From contig NC_045698.1 of the NCBI RefSeq assembly GCF_009834535.1, forward strand, positions 7,070,001-7,134,000: DNA of 64,000 nucleotides, read 5' to 3'. This stretch comes from Camelus ferus. Taxonomy: Eukaryota. Position numbers and translations under genes: made by a program. Below, piece by piece: positions 1 through 14,080 of the stretch (position 1 is its first letter; each line of letters begins with the position of its first letter). Under the pieces are notes generated by a model. The model was not told the DNA's origin. It was given only the letters and a program-made list of their open reading frames with translations, and searched no databases.

Positions 1-1143
1 GTTAGAGTAGCATTTTTTATTTCTTGCAACTACAGGGTCCAACTAATATATCTTCCATCTCCTAGACACACTGCAAGGTGATTGGAGGTTCCCAGCTCCT
101 CGAACCTCTATGCACAGGGTAGGCACTCGGTAAATTTTTATTGACTACATGAACAGATGGTTCTTTTTCAAAGCAGAAAAACAAAAGTTACAACAGAAAA
201 TTTTATTTTTCCAAAGAGCAATTTTGGGCATGGCTAGCATACCCTCTACCTGATCAGATGTCAAAATAAAACCACTTTCTTAAACATCTAAAAGAGAAAC
301 TATAAAACATAAGTGGCCAAAATTCATTTGATCTGTATAACCCAATATGCATGATAAACCATGGCTATCAATGTTCCCCTGATCCTTAATAATCTAATTC
401 TATAATTTTCTAAGATTCTCTTCCAAAATCCAAATGTAAAATTAAGATTAAAGGATCATTACAACTGAGTCAAGCTCAATAAAACGTGCATCCATCCAAC
501 AGTAAGTCAGTTCACAGGGCCAGCATGCCTCTATGTGCCACCAACGTGAGATGCCTCAGAAGCTATGATGACACTGGACTCGGTAACTAGAGAGAAGGGT
601 GAAGTCTACCAAGTTGTTCCAGGCATTTTGTAGAAAGGAATTCTGTCTTATCTGCTAGATTAGCTTCTGGATTCTCTAAGATCTTTTCCAACCAAAACAC
701 TAATTACTATCAAAAATGTTTCTACTCTTTATTTTGTAAGTTTTATAAGACTGGGGAAAATTATAACTAAAAAGATTAAAAGTTACAAACTCCTAACTTG
801 TCTAGGTGCAAACATTGTATAAGAATTCTTTACTTGTAATTAACAGAAACCCAATTAGAAAAGTGTGGGCAAAAGCTGGCGGTCCATTGGCTCATGTTAA
901 GCCTGTTGTCCTTGCGAAAGGTGGGGAGAGATGGAACCAAAGACCTAAATGGTTTCAGGATTCTATTTCTAGCTCGTTCTCCAGAAGTTGACTCTATCAT
1001 CCCAGGAGGCCTGAGGCTGAAAGCAGAGCCACCAGCTACTCTGCATTTCGTATTCACAGCTTGGTGGCCAGAAGGAGGAAGACTTCGTATCCAGTCCGTA
1101 TCTCCCAGGGGAGAACTCTGATCAGCCAGTTCAGGTTAGATGT

Positions 1144-1242
1144 TGGGTAGCCAACTGTCCCAGTCTGCCTGGGACTGGGGAGGTTCCTGGGATGTGGAGC
1201 TTTCCATTTTGAAACTGGGGAAGTCTGAGCTAGTAGAACCCT
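1144..1242 (+). mobile_element. MER94-like hAT-Blackjack MITE
   Basis: gggtagccaactgtcccagtctgcctgggactggggaggttcctgggatgtggagctttcc...accct resembles the recalled MER94 consensus (agggtgaccaactgtcccggtttgcccgggact...gtcaccct). Confidence 0.65.
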
Positions 1243-3306
1243 AGAGTTAATGCTACTTCCAAACCAATTACTGTAGCCAGTGAGGTGAGTTATTAACACT
1301 CTAATCTAGGCCAGGTGTCTGCCCTTTCATGGATGACAGCTGGGACCCATTCACGACCCACAATGTGGGACCAGGGAAAAGAGTGACTTCCAACAAGAAG
1401 GGTGGCTTAGAAATGACCACCAAAAGATGACCGTGAGGTGGGCAGCTGTCCCAGTCTGTCTATCATACATACCTAGTAATCTGGCTAAGGGATTCCTGAA
1501 ACCATTCCAGTCAAACTTATCATGGAATTTTAATTCTCTAAACTCACCAGAATGAGTCTTATTCCATTATTGCGTCAACTTGATAAATGCTACCCTGGTG
1601 AACCGAAATAGTTAACACACACCTTCAACCACTTCCGTATCCAAGAAATCTAATTCATTTCTTAGAAACTATCCCACTAAGTACTACATTAATCACTTGC
1701 CTTGTCTTCAAAACTACATGCTCTGTCAAAACACATCCTACAGTTTGATGTTAAACAGTCTGAAGCATTTATAACAATATAATGTATGCACGCTGTCAAA
1801 TTGCACCTTTCACCTTCCAGCAATTTTCTTTTCCTGAGAATTTAGTTTCCCCTCCATGGACTTTAGAATTGCTTGAATTCTTTAGCTCATTCTTTCAGGA
1901 AACGGAATTAATATTTAAAAGCAGTAACAGTGTAATTTCAAGAATGTCTCAGCAATAACCAGAGTTCCCATAACATAAATTTTCCTCTCCTTTTAGTTAT
2001 CTTATTTCCTTTACCAAGTCACACAATCAAGACAAGCTGGGGGAAAAAAAGAGTTTGAATTATATTATATCTCCCAAGAAGACTTAAGTTTGTTGAACCA
2101 AGATGCAAATACAAACAGGCAAGGACATTTCTGGGCTGCCTTCAGTTGCTTGCGTTTTAAGAAAATAGATTCAGTACCACGTCATAGTGTCAAGAATCAC
2201 CCTGGGTGACAAAAGTGGAAAAAGTCACAACTGTCCCTAATTGTCCCACTCTCAGCATTGCTTCTCACTACCTGTGTCCCAACTGCCAATAGACTAGAAA
2301 ATAGAGTTTTCTAGCTAGAAGGTGGTCACTCTAGGACCACTGATGGCCGCCAGGGACATCCTGACCTCTCGAGCATGAAGGATCTATTTGTTCCTTGATT
2401 CAGATGATTCAACTTGGATATTTCTCCAAAGGATAGTTAATAGAAAACTAAGGGCAAACAGAGCAGTAGAAAATATCAAAGGACAGGTGTGGATATGTTT
2501 TACAGAGCGAAGGTGCTATGTTCTGAGGCTACTGAAATAAGACAGGTCTTGTTCCTCCCTGAGCAAAGAAATGGCCTCCTTAATCCTCAGCTCAGAAAGT
2601 GAACAAAATACTTGCATCCTCATAGAACGACTGAGTTCCACGTGGTCCCTAATCCCTTCCCACCTCACTTTCAGCATCTTTGCAAAAATTGCACAATGTT
2701 AGGTGAAGAAGAAGCTGTAAGACTGGGAGGAAAGTACACCCTGGAGGATGGACAGAAAGGTTTAGAAGGAAGGGGAAATTCCTGGAAAGGAAGGAAAGTG
2801 GGTTAACCACACAACAGAGAGTAGAACCAAGACATCTTGGGGAGCACACTGATGGGGGACAAACGGAGCCCCCACGGCCAGGCAGAGGTGGAGCCCCCAC
2901 TGGGTCCAGGACAGAGAGGTTCTGCCTTGTGTCCCAGGCCCAGCTGCCCTCAGCTTGACTTTGCCCCCAGCCCCAGTTAGTGAACTGGTGAAAGACGCCT
3001 TGAATCATGAACTGCATCACCTAATTTTAAAATGACTGTTGTTTTTTGAATCCCTGAAACTGAAGGCAAACTGAGACAAACAAACCTAAACAACGGAGAA
3101 AGGATTTTTCTCAAGTGAGTTTGCAACACAACATTTTGAATGCACATTCTTAAAGTTTTCATTCTAGGGACCAAAAAAAAAATGACGTCTTAAAGTTGAA
3201 CTTCACTTGGTATTTTTATAGTTTGTAATAATATGTGCACAGATACCTTGAAGCTGTTCACTTTGTATTATATGACCGAGTAATAAGTAAGTATGCTAAC
3301 AACTGC

Positions 3307-3787
3307 TGTAGGTTGAATATCGGCCCTCCAAAAAGAACCGTGATTTAGTCCCTGGAACCTGTGAATGTCACCTTAAATGAAAGAAAAAAATTACTCTGCA
3401 GAAGTGATCAAGTTAAGGATCTTGAAGAGGGGAGGTTAGCCTGTATTATGCAGGTGGCCCTTAAATGCAGTCACATGTATAAGAGCGAGGCAGAGGGAGG
3501 TGACACAGGCCCACAGAGGAGGGGCCTGTGCGATCACAGAGGCAGAGATTAGGATGACACGGCCCTGAGCCAGGAAGCCCACACCCACCCAGCTCTGGAG
3601 GGGCCAGGAACAGACATCCTCCAAAGCTCCCTGCAAGGGCACAGCTCTGATGACACCTGGATTTCACTCCAATGATACTGATTTCAGACTTGTGGCTTCC
3701 AGAACTGCAAGAGGATGAATTTCTATTGCTTTACGTTACCAAGGTGTAATAATTAATTTGTTACAGCAGCCACGGGAAACTCATACA
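3307..3787 (+). mobile_element. MaLR solo LTR, MLT1C/MLT1D-like
   Basis: Starts tgtaggttgaatatcggccctcc, contains ccctggaacctgtgaatgtcacctt and ttccagaactgcaagag, ends gttacagcagccacgggaaactcataca (TG...CA). Confidence 0.85.
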
Positions 3788-3930
3788 ACACCATACATCA
3801 TGATCATGATGTTAGGAATCAGTAATTCCAGGGTAAGAGGAAAGATGTACAATTACGAACATCAGAGAAACTAAGTGTACATACTGTCATTAAAATCAAC
3901 TTGGAACTATCGGTATGAACTCATGGGTCT

Positions 3931-4170
3931 TTTTAAATGAGGTATAATTAATATACAGCATTACATTAGTTTCAGGTGTACAACATAATGATTTGATATT
4001 TGTATATATAATAAAATGATCACGACAATAGGTCTCATTAACACCTATCGCCACGTGTAGTTACAGGATTTTATGTTCTTGTGATGCAAACTTTTAAGAT
4101 CTGCTCTCTTAGCAACTTTCAAATATGCGATACAGTATTATTAACTATAGTCACCATGTTGTACATTACA
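3931..4170 (-). mobile_element. L1MA9-like 3' end
   Basis: tttcaggtgtacaacataatgatttgatatttgtata...ctcttagcaactttcaaatat...atagtcaccatgttgtacatta is the reverse complement of a typical L1MA 3' end. Confidence 0.75.
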
Positions 4171-5699
4171 TTTTAAAATAAGATATTGTGTTGAATCTGA
4201 GTCACCTTTTTTGTTACATCTTGTGATCTATTTTTTCAATATTACGTAAAATAATTATGCAACATACAATGAATGAAGGCTTAGTTTTGGTGAAATGTAA
4301 AATATACTTCCTAGTTTTGAGAACAGACATTGCCTAGGAGCTCCTACTATCCAAATTTGTGACAATTTGAACCACAAAAAAAAGAATACCAATTAGAGTG
4401 GATTGAAAAAATGAATCATTGAGAATAGATTAGTCCATAATGATACTAAAAAAAAAAAAAAAGGAGAGATCAAGAAAAATTTCTTAGGTCACAATCTGCT
4501 GTAACTTACTTTGAAGTTGGTGATTAAAATGAAAGAATTTAGGTTTTATCAAACCTTCCCAGTAAAAATAGTATTTCAGAGAAATCAATTATCTGGTTGA
4601 TGAAGGAAAGCTCTGCTTTACAGAAGAATGACAGATAACAGTGAGAAGAAATAATGGAACTGAGAAATCAGCACTCTGCAAAGCTTTACAAAGCCACTGG
4701 GCAGGCAAGGATAGTCAAATGATGTTAAAACTATTGTGTATGACTGATGGAAATTGGACATTCATATAGCGCCCAAGAAGCAACACACAGATTATTTGCC
4801 AACATCAAGAAGAAAAATCAGTAATTTTGTCATGGAGGAATCAAGCCATTATCATCATAATCTAGTGGCCAAACTCACTACTGGTGTCATAAGATATTAT
4901 GTGCCCAAAGCAAAATGAGGCACACAACATCACCTGTGATGGTTTCTAATCAAAAACTTGTGAATCGGATCCATTAATCCTGTGGAAATAACTCTTCATT
5001 TATGGGAAACAGAAGGGCGAGAGGACCAAGTTCAATGGCACCATGAAAGGCAAATCTCACAAATCCAGGAAGTGGGCATCTCGCAGGGAAGTTGCCTGGC
5101 CATCTCAACAAGTTATGGTCGCGAAAACAAAGAGGGAAGTGCGTCTGAGTGAAGGAGACTTGAGCATTCAACAGCCAGATTCAGTGAGTGGTCCTGGGTT
5201 GGGCTGAGTTTGAACAAATCACCTACACTGGACATTCGGGGGACAATTGGAAAAACCTGAATCAGGACTGTGTATAGGATAAAGCAAAAATGGATGGACG
5301 TGGAAAGGTGGAGGTTATTAACTGAAAAAGCACCTTATTACACAGCCTGGGTAGTATGGTCTTATTTTGGTTTTAAAAAGCACACAGAGACATACATATA
5401 AAAAATAATTTTTATGTGTAATATATATATAATATTACACACACATGGAACAATATGCCCTAAGGTATTTAAAGTGATCGTTTCTGAATGATAGGAATAA
5501 GGTGCTTTTATTTCTCTGCATTTTCTAACTTCCAAGGATATTCATTTATTGCATTTGCAACAATGAAATTATAGTTAAATAGAAAATAAAACTCATTCAG
5601 GATTTCCTTTTTTCTCAGTGTAAAAGACTTAGATACCCTGGTCGACTTTCTCACTGACTCAACTAAAAATCCTGGATAAATAAACATAAAAACATCTTT

Positions 5700-6549
5700 C
5701 ATCTATCTTTTTTTTTTACTGAAGTACAGTCAGCTACAATGTGTCAGTATCTGGTGTACAAGCACAATGTCCCAGTTATGCATATACATACATATATTCA
5801 TTTTCATAGTCTTTTTCACTAAAGGTTATTACAAGATATTGAATATAGTTCCCTGTGCTGTACAATATGAACTTGTTGTTCATCTATTTTCTATATATAT
5901 TAGTATCGGCAAATCTTGAACTCCCAATTTATCCCCTCCCAATCCTCTCTCCTCCTGGTAACCATAAGTTTGTTCTCTATGTCTGTGAGTCTGTTTCTGT
6001 TTTGCAAATAAGTTTGTTTGCCTTTTATTTTTTAGATTCCACATATAAGGGATATCATATGGTATTTTTCCTTCTTTCTGGCTTACTTCACTTAGAATGA
6101 CAATCTCCAGGTCCATCCATGTTGCTGCAAATGCTATTACTTTATTGTTTTTTATGGCTGAGTAATATTCCATTGTATACCACCACTTCTTTATCCAGTC
6201 ATCTGTTGATGGACATTAGGTTGTTTCCAGGTCTTGGCTATTGTAAATAGTGCTGCTATGAACATTGGAGATCGTGTATCTTTTGAATTAAAGTTCCCTC
6301 TGAATATATGCCCAGGAGTGAGATTGTTGGATCATACGGTAAGTCTTTTTTTAGTTTTTTGAGGAATCTCCATACTGATTTCCATAACAGCTGCACCAAA
6401 CTACATTCCCACCAGCAGTGTAGGAGGGTTCCGTTTTCTCGACAGCCTCTCCAGCATTTATCGTTTGTGGACTTTTTAATGATGGCCATTCTGACTGGTA
6501 TAAGGTGATACCTCATTATAGCTTTGGCTCACATTTCTCTGATAATTAG
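5700..6549 (-). mobile_element. Young camelid-type L1, 5'-truncated, with 12-bp TSD
   Basis: ORFs 6256..6516(-) ([25 protein letters not shown]) and 5880..6173(-) (MEYYSAIKNN...WMDLEIVILSEVSQ) are the ORF2 C-terminus. Poly(T) at ~5708-5717. TSD aaaaacatcttt at 5688-5699 and 6550-6561. Confidence 0.95.
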
Positions 6550-6569
6550 AAAAACATCTTTTAAATATA

Positions 6570-7570
6570 GTAATGAAATAGCTAAAAAGTAAAGACTCTT
6601 CCAAAGCGCCCCACCCCTAAAGAAGGAAAAGAAGGAGCTAGAGAATTAACTTCAGTGTGCAAGTTAAAATTTCTAAGATAGACACTAAAAAGAATTGAAA
6701 AAAAGTGTAGAACTTCTAAACTATTAGTGAGGATACTGAATTGGGGGGGGGAGACAGAAAAAAGGAGAAATAAATAACAAGAATAAAAGTATATGATAAA
6801 TATTAACCCAAATATATGTTATGGCAATAATGCAAATGGATGAAATGTTTCAGTTTAAAGACAAAAATGTTCAGATTCAATTAAAACATTCAGTTGCATG
6901 TAGTTTACAGAGGGCACATGTACAATGAGAGAACACATGAAGGTTCAAAGGAAAAAGATATGAGAAGATAGACCAGGAAAAGAGTAACAAAAAAGAGCTG
7001 GTATCACTCTGCTAGGCATTCAACTGATGGATAGAGAGATACACTTACAGATACACACACGTATGAATTTACATTATTAGATATGTATACCTTAAGGCAA
7101 AAAGCATTTCTAAACAAGGAGTTAAAATTAAAATTTTAATTTACCAGGAAGATATAATAATTTGAAACTTGGATACAACTTATAAAATAGACTCTAAATT
7201 GACAAAGCCAAAATGACTGAACTATGGAAGAAAAATTCAAATCAGTAAGTATATGGGAAATTTTCACATACCCTTTTTAGCAACTGATTGGTCAAATTAA
7301 TTTGCTTAATTAAACAAATGATCATCCTAATGAAGGCTATAATATAATTAAGGCTGTAACAGACTTGACCTTAATCACTAAGATTTATTTAAGGTACCAT
7401 AAAGAATATTGCATCCAAAAAAAAAGGGAAATGCAAATTCTTCTCAGGCATATACAAAATATTTATAAATATCAACAATATACTGGTTGTAGAACAAGTC
7501 TGAACACATTTTAAAGGATTTAAAGACCACTAGGCAATTATTAAAAATCAGTAACAAAGATTTTTAAATA
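6570..7570 (+). mobile_element. Old L1M fragment (inter-ORF / ORF2 endonuclease region)
   Basis: A-rich degenerate L1 text (aatgcaaatggatgaaatg...aaagacaaa; ccaggaagatataataatttgaaac; tgcaaattcttctcaggcatatac). Confidence 0.65.
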
Positions 7571-8689
7571 CATACGTATTTGTATTATCATTGAGTTACA
7601 ATAAATTTGGTTATAGCAAAATAATGTGTCTGACTGGGTGAGCTGGCCATATAGAATCCTCATTAGAATTCTAACAGATGAATATGAGCAACTAACCACA
7701 ACCATCCAAGGAAGAAATTAATGTTTGCATCTGTGCGTAAGGGGTTAATTTCGGCTTAATGGGATCTTTTCTTCTTTGGAATGTGGGAACTCATTTGTAT
7801 CGAAGCAATTCACAGGGTTTTCTGCTTCAGTCCCTGTGCTTTCCAAGCCAAAATCTTCTTTCCCACGGTCCAGCAAAATAAAATACTCGGGACAGCTGGA
7901 TTTTAAAAACACCCTCGTGAGTTGGATCTTTATTAGGATAAGCACCAAAAAAAAAAAATCACTAAATTTAGTTCTTCTCGTATATTTTATATACTCAGGA
8001 CCGAATTCTAAGTACCAGCACCAGAAAACACAAATTGGGCACATGGACTTTGCATGTTTAATCCATGCTAAAAAAAGGAAATTTGTAAGCCAAACTGCAA
8101 TTGAACTTCTTGATAAAGGCCAAAGAACCACTGTGTGGTTATTTTACATTTGATGTGATATGTGGTTCTCTCTGCTTTTATTTGGAAGATATTCTGGAGC
8201 TTAGAAAAGAAGAGTGTGAGTTTAATTAACAGTAATGGGAAAATTCCAAAATGCCGTTAGAATGCTTGGCAGACCCTTCCAGTTGTAACTAGAACCTTGA
8301 ATCATCATCCTGGGCGCTGAAGGGTTTCAGAGCTGTTTCTATTCTACATTCTTTCTGCAACACTATAGGAAAAACCAAGAGCTCAGAGATGTAGTCTACC
8401 CTGAACAGTTTCATCTTCCAGTGAAGACAGATCACAATCCCATGCAATTGTTCAAAGATGTCACAATAAAACATTGAAGGAAAGGAAGATGCTCATCAAA
8501 GAAGTGGTGACAGGATGACAAGAAAGGGATGGAAGGGGATAGTGGATTTCAAAGTAATTTCAAGGGTAGCCATGTGTATGTGGCTCATTGCTGCAAGCGG
8601 ACAAGTTACCCAGTGGTTGGGGAGATTCTGAAAAGTCTCTTTGCTTCTGTCTTATCTGCACCACCCTGCCCCCAGCCTCCATCATCCCT

Positions 8690-9330
8690 TGCCCTGATTA
8701 GTGCAGTAGCTTCCTAACCTGGTCTCCCCCTCCCCCTTCACCCCCTCTCTTCCCCAGCGATCTTTTTTCAGCACAGGAATCCAAGTCATCCCTTTAAAAG
8801 CTATGTGAAATCACATCCCCTCCTGCTCAGATGGGACAGCTAGCTATCCCATCTCACCCAGCACAAAGGTCAAAGTCCACCCAATGCCCAACAAGACCTC
8901 CCATGGTCTGGTTCCCTGGTACCACTCCGTCCAACTTCACAGCACATTCTTTGATCTCCCTTGTCCCTGCATGCTCCCCACTCAGAGTTCTGGCACCTGT
9001 TGCTCCCTCTGCATCAAACCTTCCTCCTCCAGATGTCTACGTGGACGTCTCCCACATCTCCCTCGGGTCGTATCTCCTCGAGGAGGCTTTCCCTGGCCAT
9101 TCCATGCAGAGCCACAACACTCCTCCCCACCCTGGCCCCAAGCCCCTGCCTTCTCTGTAGCAGTACCCTCTCCTGACATCTATGCATTTTGAGTCCTGTT
9201 TGCAGTGTAATTCCCCACTCTCAGCGGTGACGGTTATGAAGACAGAATTTTATCTGCTTGGTTCACTGCCTACCCAAAGCATTTGGAACAGGGCTTCGGC
9301 ATGGTGTTCCCTCAATAAACAGTTACCGTA
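8690..9330 (+). mobile_element. L2 LINE 3' remnant
   Basis: Pyrimidine-rich L2-type text (tgaaatcacatcccctcctgctca; ggcacctgttgctccctctgc; aggctttccctggcca) ending cggcatggtgttccctcaataaa. Confidence 0.7.
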
Positions 9331-12300
9331 TTGCAGGAAAGAATGCTTCTCACACCCTCACCTCCTGCTCTCACCCGAAGGAACAGTTCTGCATCTGGCC
9401 CCGTGGCACCAATACAGTCTGACTCTGGGGAGTGGGGGCTGCCTGAGAGGTGAGGAATCTCTGCCAGGAAAGAAAGAGAACTGTTGCCTGGACCATCCTA
9501 ATCTACTAACGGGCAGGAAAGTGTGGCTTACAGGGAAATATCAAGGAGTTTGAGAAGATAGCTAAATAAGAAGAAAAAAAGAGAAAAAATCACCCATGAA
9601 ACTACCTGTGACAAAAAAAAGAGAGAAACAGGACATGAGAAGAAACCCCACATGCAGAAGGGTAGGTTTGTATGTGCAGGTTCCTGGAGACACTAGGTTC
9701 CTACAATATACTTTGGACCCAGTATTTTTAAAAAAGAGCTGTGGTGATTTTGTTATAACTGCCCAAAGAAGTATGATGTCTTTATCATTGATATGACTAT
9801 TTCATTGTATGGAGGAAGAGAGAATGAACGGGAACCTGCAAAATACATGATCAGGCAAGTCAAAAGAGAAACAGTAAAAAGCCAATAAATATTGTATTTA
9901 TTGAAAAAAAATGTGTTTAACTCCACAAATCATCAATGTAGCACACCTAAGAACAATAACAAAACAATTTTCCTGTATGCTGGGTAGGATTATTAAATGA
10001 TAAATCCGATGAATTTCAGAATAAGCATGGTTGGAGTGTAAGATTGGCATAAAGTTTCTGAAGGAAAAGTTGGCATTATACATCAGAAGGGTTTTTAATT
10101 CATACTCTATTATTCAGTGACAGCACATATAATTTACTCCCATTCACTCACAATGTTTTCTGTACTTAAAAAATCATTGCTCCCAGTAAAGTGCCAGAGT
10201 TGGGATTGGAATTCAGATCTATCAGCTTCAAAGATCAGGAACCTACCAGGTCCTCAAGCCTTCCACAAGAAGGAAAGTATATCTGGAGAATTTGAAATAG
10301 ACTTTAGATGCAAAACTATGTTCAGTCTATCGGCAAACGGGATGGAAAATGTTTAAGCAGTTTAAGTCATCCTTTGACCTGCAGAACACCAGAACCCAGA
10401 TCATTCCCGGCCAAATGAGACAGTACACTGAGCATTTAAAAACCCAAGCACAGATAACTTCTGACTATAGGAACACATTACCAATTCGCATCACAATGGT
10501 GTACTCAGGAAGGTTATCTTAACAAAAAATTTCCTGACACTCACATGAATAAATGGATGTACACATCTGAATAGATTTAAGATGCTTGCTCTAGAACTCT
10601 TTGCTGAAAAGAAGTTTAACTTGAGACACAAAACACCAATTATTTTGCAGGCTCAAGCTTAAGCAATTTAGCCTTATTTTGAAAGCCCTTGTCACAAAAG
10701 CAAACAAAAGGCAAGCGAGGCTCTGCCGCGTCTCAGCCTTTCCCTCCAGTCCGCCCACCGCGTAGGATTTTACAAGGTTAGTTGCAAACGTGAACAACTC
10801 CAAGCGAGCTGTTCTCTCGGAATTAATCCATTTCGAAGTCGAGAGCCAGGCAAGTGGCAATGCTAATCAAGCAAGTGACAGCATTAATCTCCTTTGGCTC
10901 AGCTCAAAATAGGCTATGCCACAGGTGACCCTGAGTCCTTCCCGCCCCTTCTCAAGCCATTAGCTGAACATCATATTTCTTTCTGCTGCCAATGCTGGCG
11001 CCACCAGCAGCACAATTCAAATAGGGGGAAACGAACACATGCGATGAGAACAGCTTATTAACTCTGTCTGGGAATGTCTGTGCTCACCTACGGCTGGTTC
11101 TAAGGAATTCTCCTAATTTGCCAAAAGTAATGAGAAGAGAGCCCACAAACCAATTATCCTCTCCATGTTACAGGAGGATGAACAACTAAAACCATTAGGA
11201 TTCAAATTTAAATTGAGTGTTACAATGACGGCAGAGAGGCTGATGCCACAGGAAACTTCAGGAAGTGATTTCAATATGAATGAATTCTCAGAGAAACACA
11301 TGTGTTGCTCTTCCACTGCAGGATCTCCAACATGACAAGGGGCCACAGAGGAACTAGACCTGAGGGATGACTATGAAATAGGCCTGAAATAGACACCTGA
11401 AGTGTGACAAGGTGTCTGATCTCCTGAAACCTGGACAAACGCTGCTCTGAAAGGATGATTTAAAGAACAAACCAGATGCGAATGTATAAATCACTCTCCA
11501 CATGCAAGGGCTCTACAGAGAACCTGGCGAACCAAATCGAAGTTCTGTGATCGTCTATACAAATGAAGAAATGCCCTCAGGTCTAATTCCCATCCCTTAA
11601 AGTTCCAAATGCCCCTTAATATAAAGGTCAAATGGCTGGCAATTTCCCTTTTAACTGTTCTTTACTGTTTTATGCATACACGTGTGTACCCTCCTCTCCG
11701 GGTTTATAGGAGTCCAGAATTCCTTCCCTGTCTTTGATTGCCCTTCAGAGAACAGGGTGCTGGTGCAGAAGGACATCAGCTCTATTCCATTCTGGCTTTC
11801 AGCTCTTGCCAAGCACAGAGGTGGAATCCTCACTGCTCATTTCCAGGCCTGAAATGCATCCTTATTGGTCTCCTCCTTCCTGGAGCATATGTACTTCAGG
11901 ATGACGCAGTGTCCTTCCCTACTGACCTGCAGGCTCTAACAGAAGTGTCTGGATCTATTCCCTTTGGAGAAGGAAGTTAGGAAAGGAATAACCTTGAAAG
12001 TATTTCTTGCACCCCCTTCACTGTGAATAACTCGATTGAGCCAGTGAGGATCTGGCCCAAGGACAGCCAATCAGCAAACTGGTATGTGACCTGAGACAGA
12101 AGCTCAGCAGCAGAGGACTTGGAGAGGATGTGTAGTTTGATAAAGGACAGTAAGATGTAGTTTAGAGTTGGAAATGTATGGCCAAAAAAAGTAACACCAG
12201 CTGTTTTCATAATACACACTATAGAACATATTGCTTGACAAGAATGTTGGGGCCTGTGGGGAAACACAGGAGCCAGAGATGTGAAATTTCAAGGGTGGAG

Positions 12301-12649
12301 TACTGAGTATCCCCAAAGAGAGCAAAGGTGGCCCAGTGAGTGGAGGAAACAAGGAAGGACCTGCACACTCACTGTCAGGGTGGGCGGTGCCCTTTCCAAG
12401 GCTCCAGCGGATGTGTGTCCTACAAGGACACCCTAAATACTTAGAGTAACTCAAAGAGGTCACTCTCCTTAAAACCAAAGAGCCTGAAGAGGACACTAGT
12501 TAAATGGCACTTAAATTAGTATGTAAGGGTTAAAGGACTGTTGAAATTAATCTATGACTGAAATATTATTACAAAATTTTTTGTATAATAGTAACTTAAA
12601 CTACTTTCCCTTAAAAAAATTCCATTTCTAAGAATGATGATTATAGTTT

Positions 12650-13854
12650 TGTTGACTGAAAAGATGCACAACCTAAAAGTTGAGAATTATGGGGGGTTTT
12701 GTGTGGGGGGTTTTTGTATATATATATATATTTTTGAAGTATAGTCAGTTTACAATGTTGTGTCAATTTCTGGTGTACAGCACAATGCTCTGGTCATACG
12801 TGAACATATATATACTTGTTTTCATATTCTCTTTCACCATAAGTTACTACAAGATAGCAAATGTAGTTCCCTGTGCTATACAGTAGGAACCTGTTGTTTA
12901 TCTATTTTATACATATTAGTTAGTGTCTGAAAACCTTGAACTCCCAATTTATCCTTCACCAATCCTTTCCCCCCGGTAACCATAAGTTTGTTTTCTATGT
13001 GAGTCTGTTTCTGTTTTGTAAACAAGTTCATTTGTCTTTTTTTTTTTTAGATTCCACATATAAGGGATATCATATGGTATTTTTCTTTCTCTTTCTGGCT
13101 TAACTTCACTTAGAATGACAATCTCCAGGTCCATCCATGTTGCTGCAAATGCTATTACTTTATTATTTTTATGGCTGGGTAGTATTCCATTGTATAAATA
13201 TACCACAGCTTCTTTCCAGTCATCTTTTGATGGACATTAGGTTGTTTCCATGTCTTGGCTATTATAAGTAATGCTGCTATGAACACTGGGGTGCATGTAT
13301 CTTTTTGAATTAAGGTTCCCTCTGGATATATGCCCAGGAGTGGGATTGCTGGATCATATGGTAAATCTATTTTTAGTCTTTTGAGGCATCTCCATACTGT
13401 TTTCCATGGCTGCACCAAACTACATTCCCACCAACAGTGTAGGAGGGTTCCCTTGAGAATTATGTTTTATTTGGCAAACTTTCTGAGGATCTCAAGCCTG
13501 GGAGGCAGCTCTGCAGGACTGCTCTGAATTGATAAGGGAGGAGCCAGGATACATAGGAGTTTTTGCAACAAACACCAGGTAGCTGGAACTTCAAAAGATT
13601 GTTGTTAGTTAAAGGAAACAAGACATCTCAAGTTAATGAATTTAGTGCTTTTCTCTGTATGCAGAGATGCAAGAGCCTGGCTCCTTGGCATCATTCCTAT
13701 AATATGCACCTTAGCTGTCTCGGGCCAATCTCCTGTGCTTTCCCATCCTGAGTCCTCTCAGGGTGCGAGTCTGGGGGTGACTGCAGTGGCTGCTGGCTTG
13801 ATAGCCACAGCATCCTTTGTTTGCTGAAATGGCAGGCAACATTTTTCATTCACA
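12650..13854 (-). mobile_element. ERV1-class solo LTR split by an L1 insertion (pieces 12650-12691 and 13453-13854)
   Basis: Termini tgttgactga...ttcattcaca (TG...CA), flanked by gttt/tttt (degenerate 4-bp TSD). The text is continuous once the L1 and one TSD copy are removed. Confidence 0.7.
12692..13452 (-). mobile_element. Young camelid-type L1, 5'-truncated, with 12-bp TSD
   Basis: ORFs 13155..13418(-) ([15 protein letters not shown]) and 12949..13206(-) match the ORF2 C-terminus. TSD ttgagaattatg at 12680-12691 and 13453-13464. Confidence 0.95.
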
Positions 13855-14080
13855 TTTTATACATAATGATATATATTCCTTAAATATGCAATTCCAGGCA
13901 CAGGACTCATTTCCACTGTTAAAGAGTAACCAGCTTATATACTGTATGTGAATCTGTGGATTGTATTTCACTGGAGATATATCTGAAATGGTCTGATGAG
14001 AAAAGGAAGGATAACAGGGCTCAACTGCATTTTAATAAAGTTAATTGTCGCCACTAGTGCTAATTACTGTTTTGAGAGAC

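Larger units (their letters stand above)
3180..5560 (+). mobile_element. Old L1 (L1MC/L1ME-type) 3' region fragments, interrupted by MLT1 and L1MA insertions
   Basis: Degenerate L1MC-like 3' UTR text (ttggaactatcggtatgaactcatgg; ggacattcgggggacaattgg). Boundaries are fuzzy. Confidence 0.5.

Noticed and set aside
834..912. Exon-like segment on the minus strand (DNRLNMSQWTASFCPHFSNWVSVNY)
   Set aside because: Weak splice sites, unrecognised peptide and no partner exons.
7745..8153. Overlapping 128-aa and 125-aa ORFs
   Set aside because: No homology recognised; the frames run through an A11 homopolymer; better explained as non-coding.
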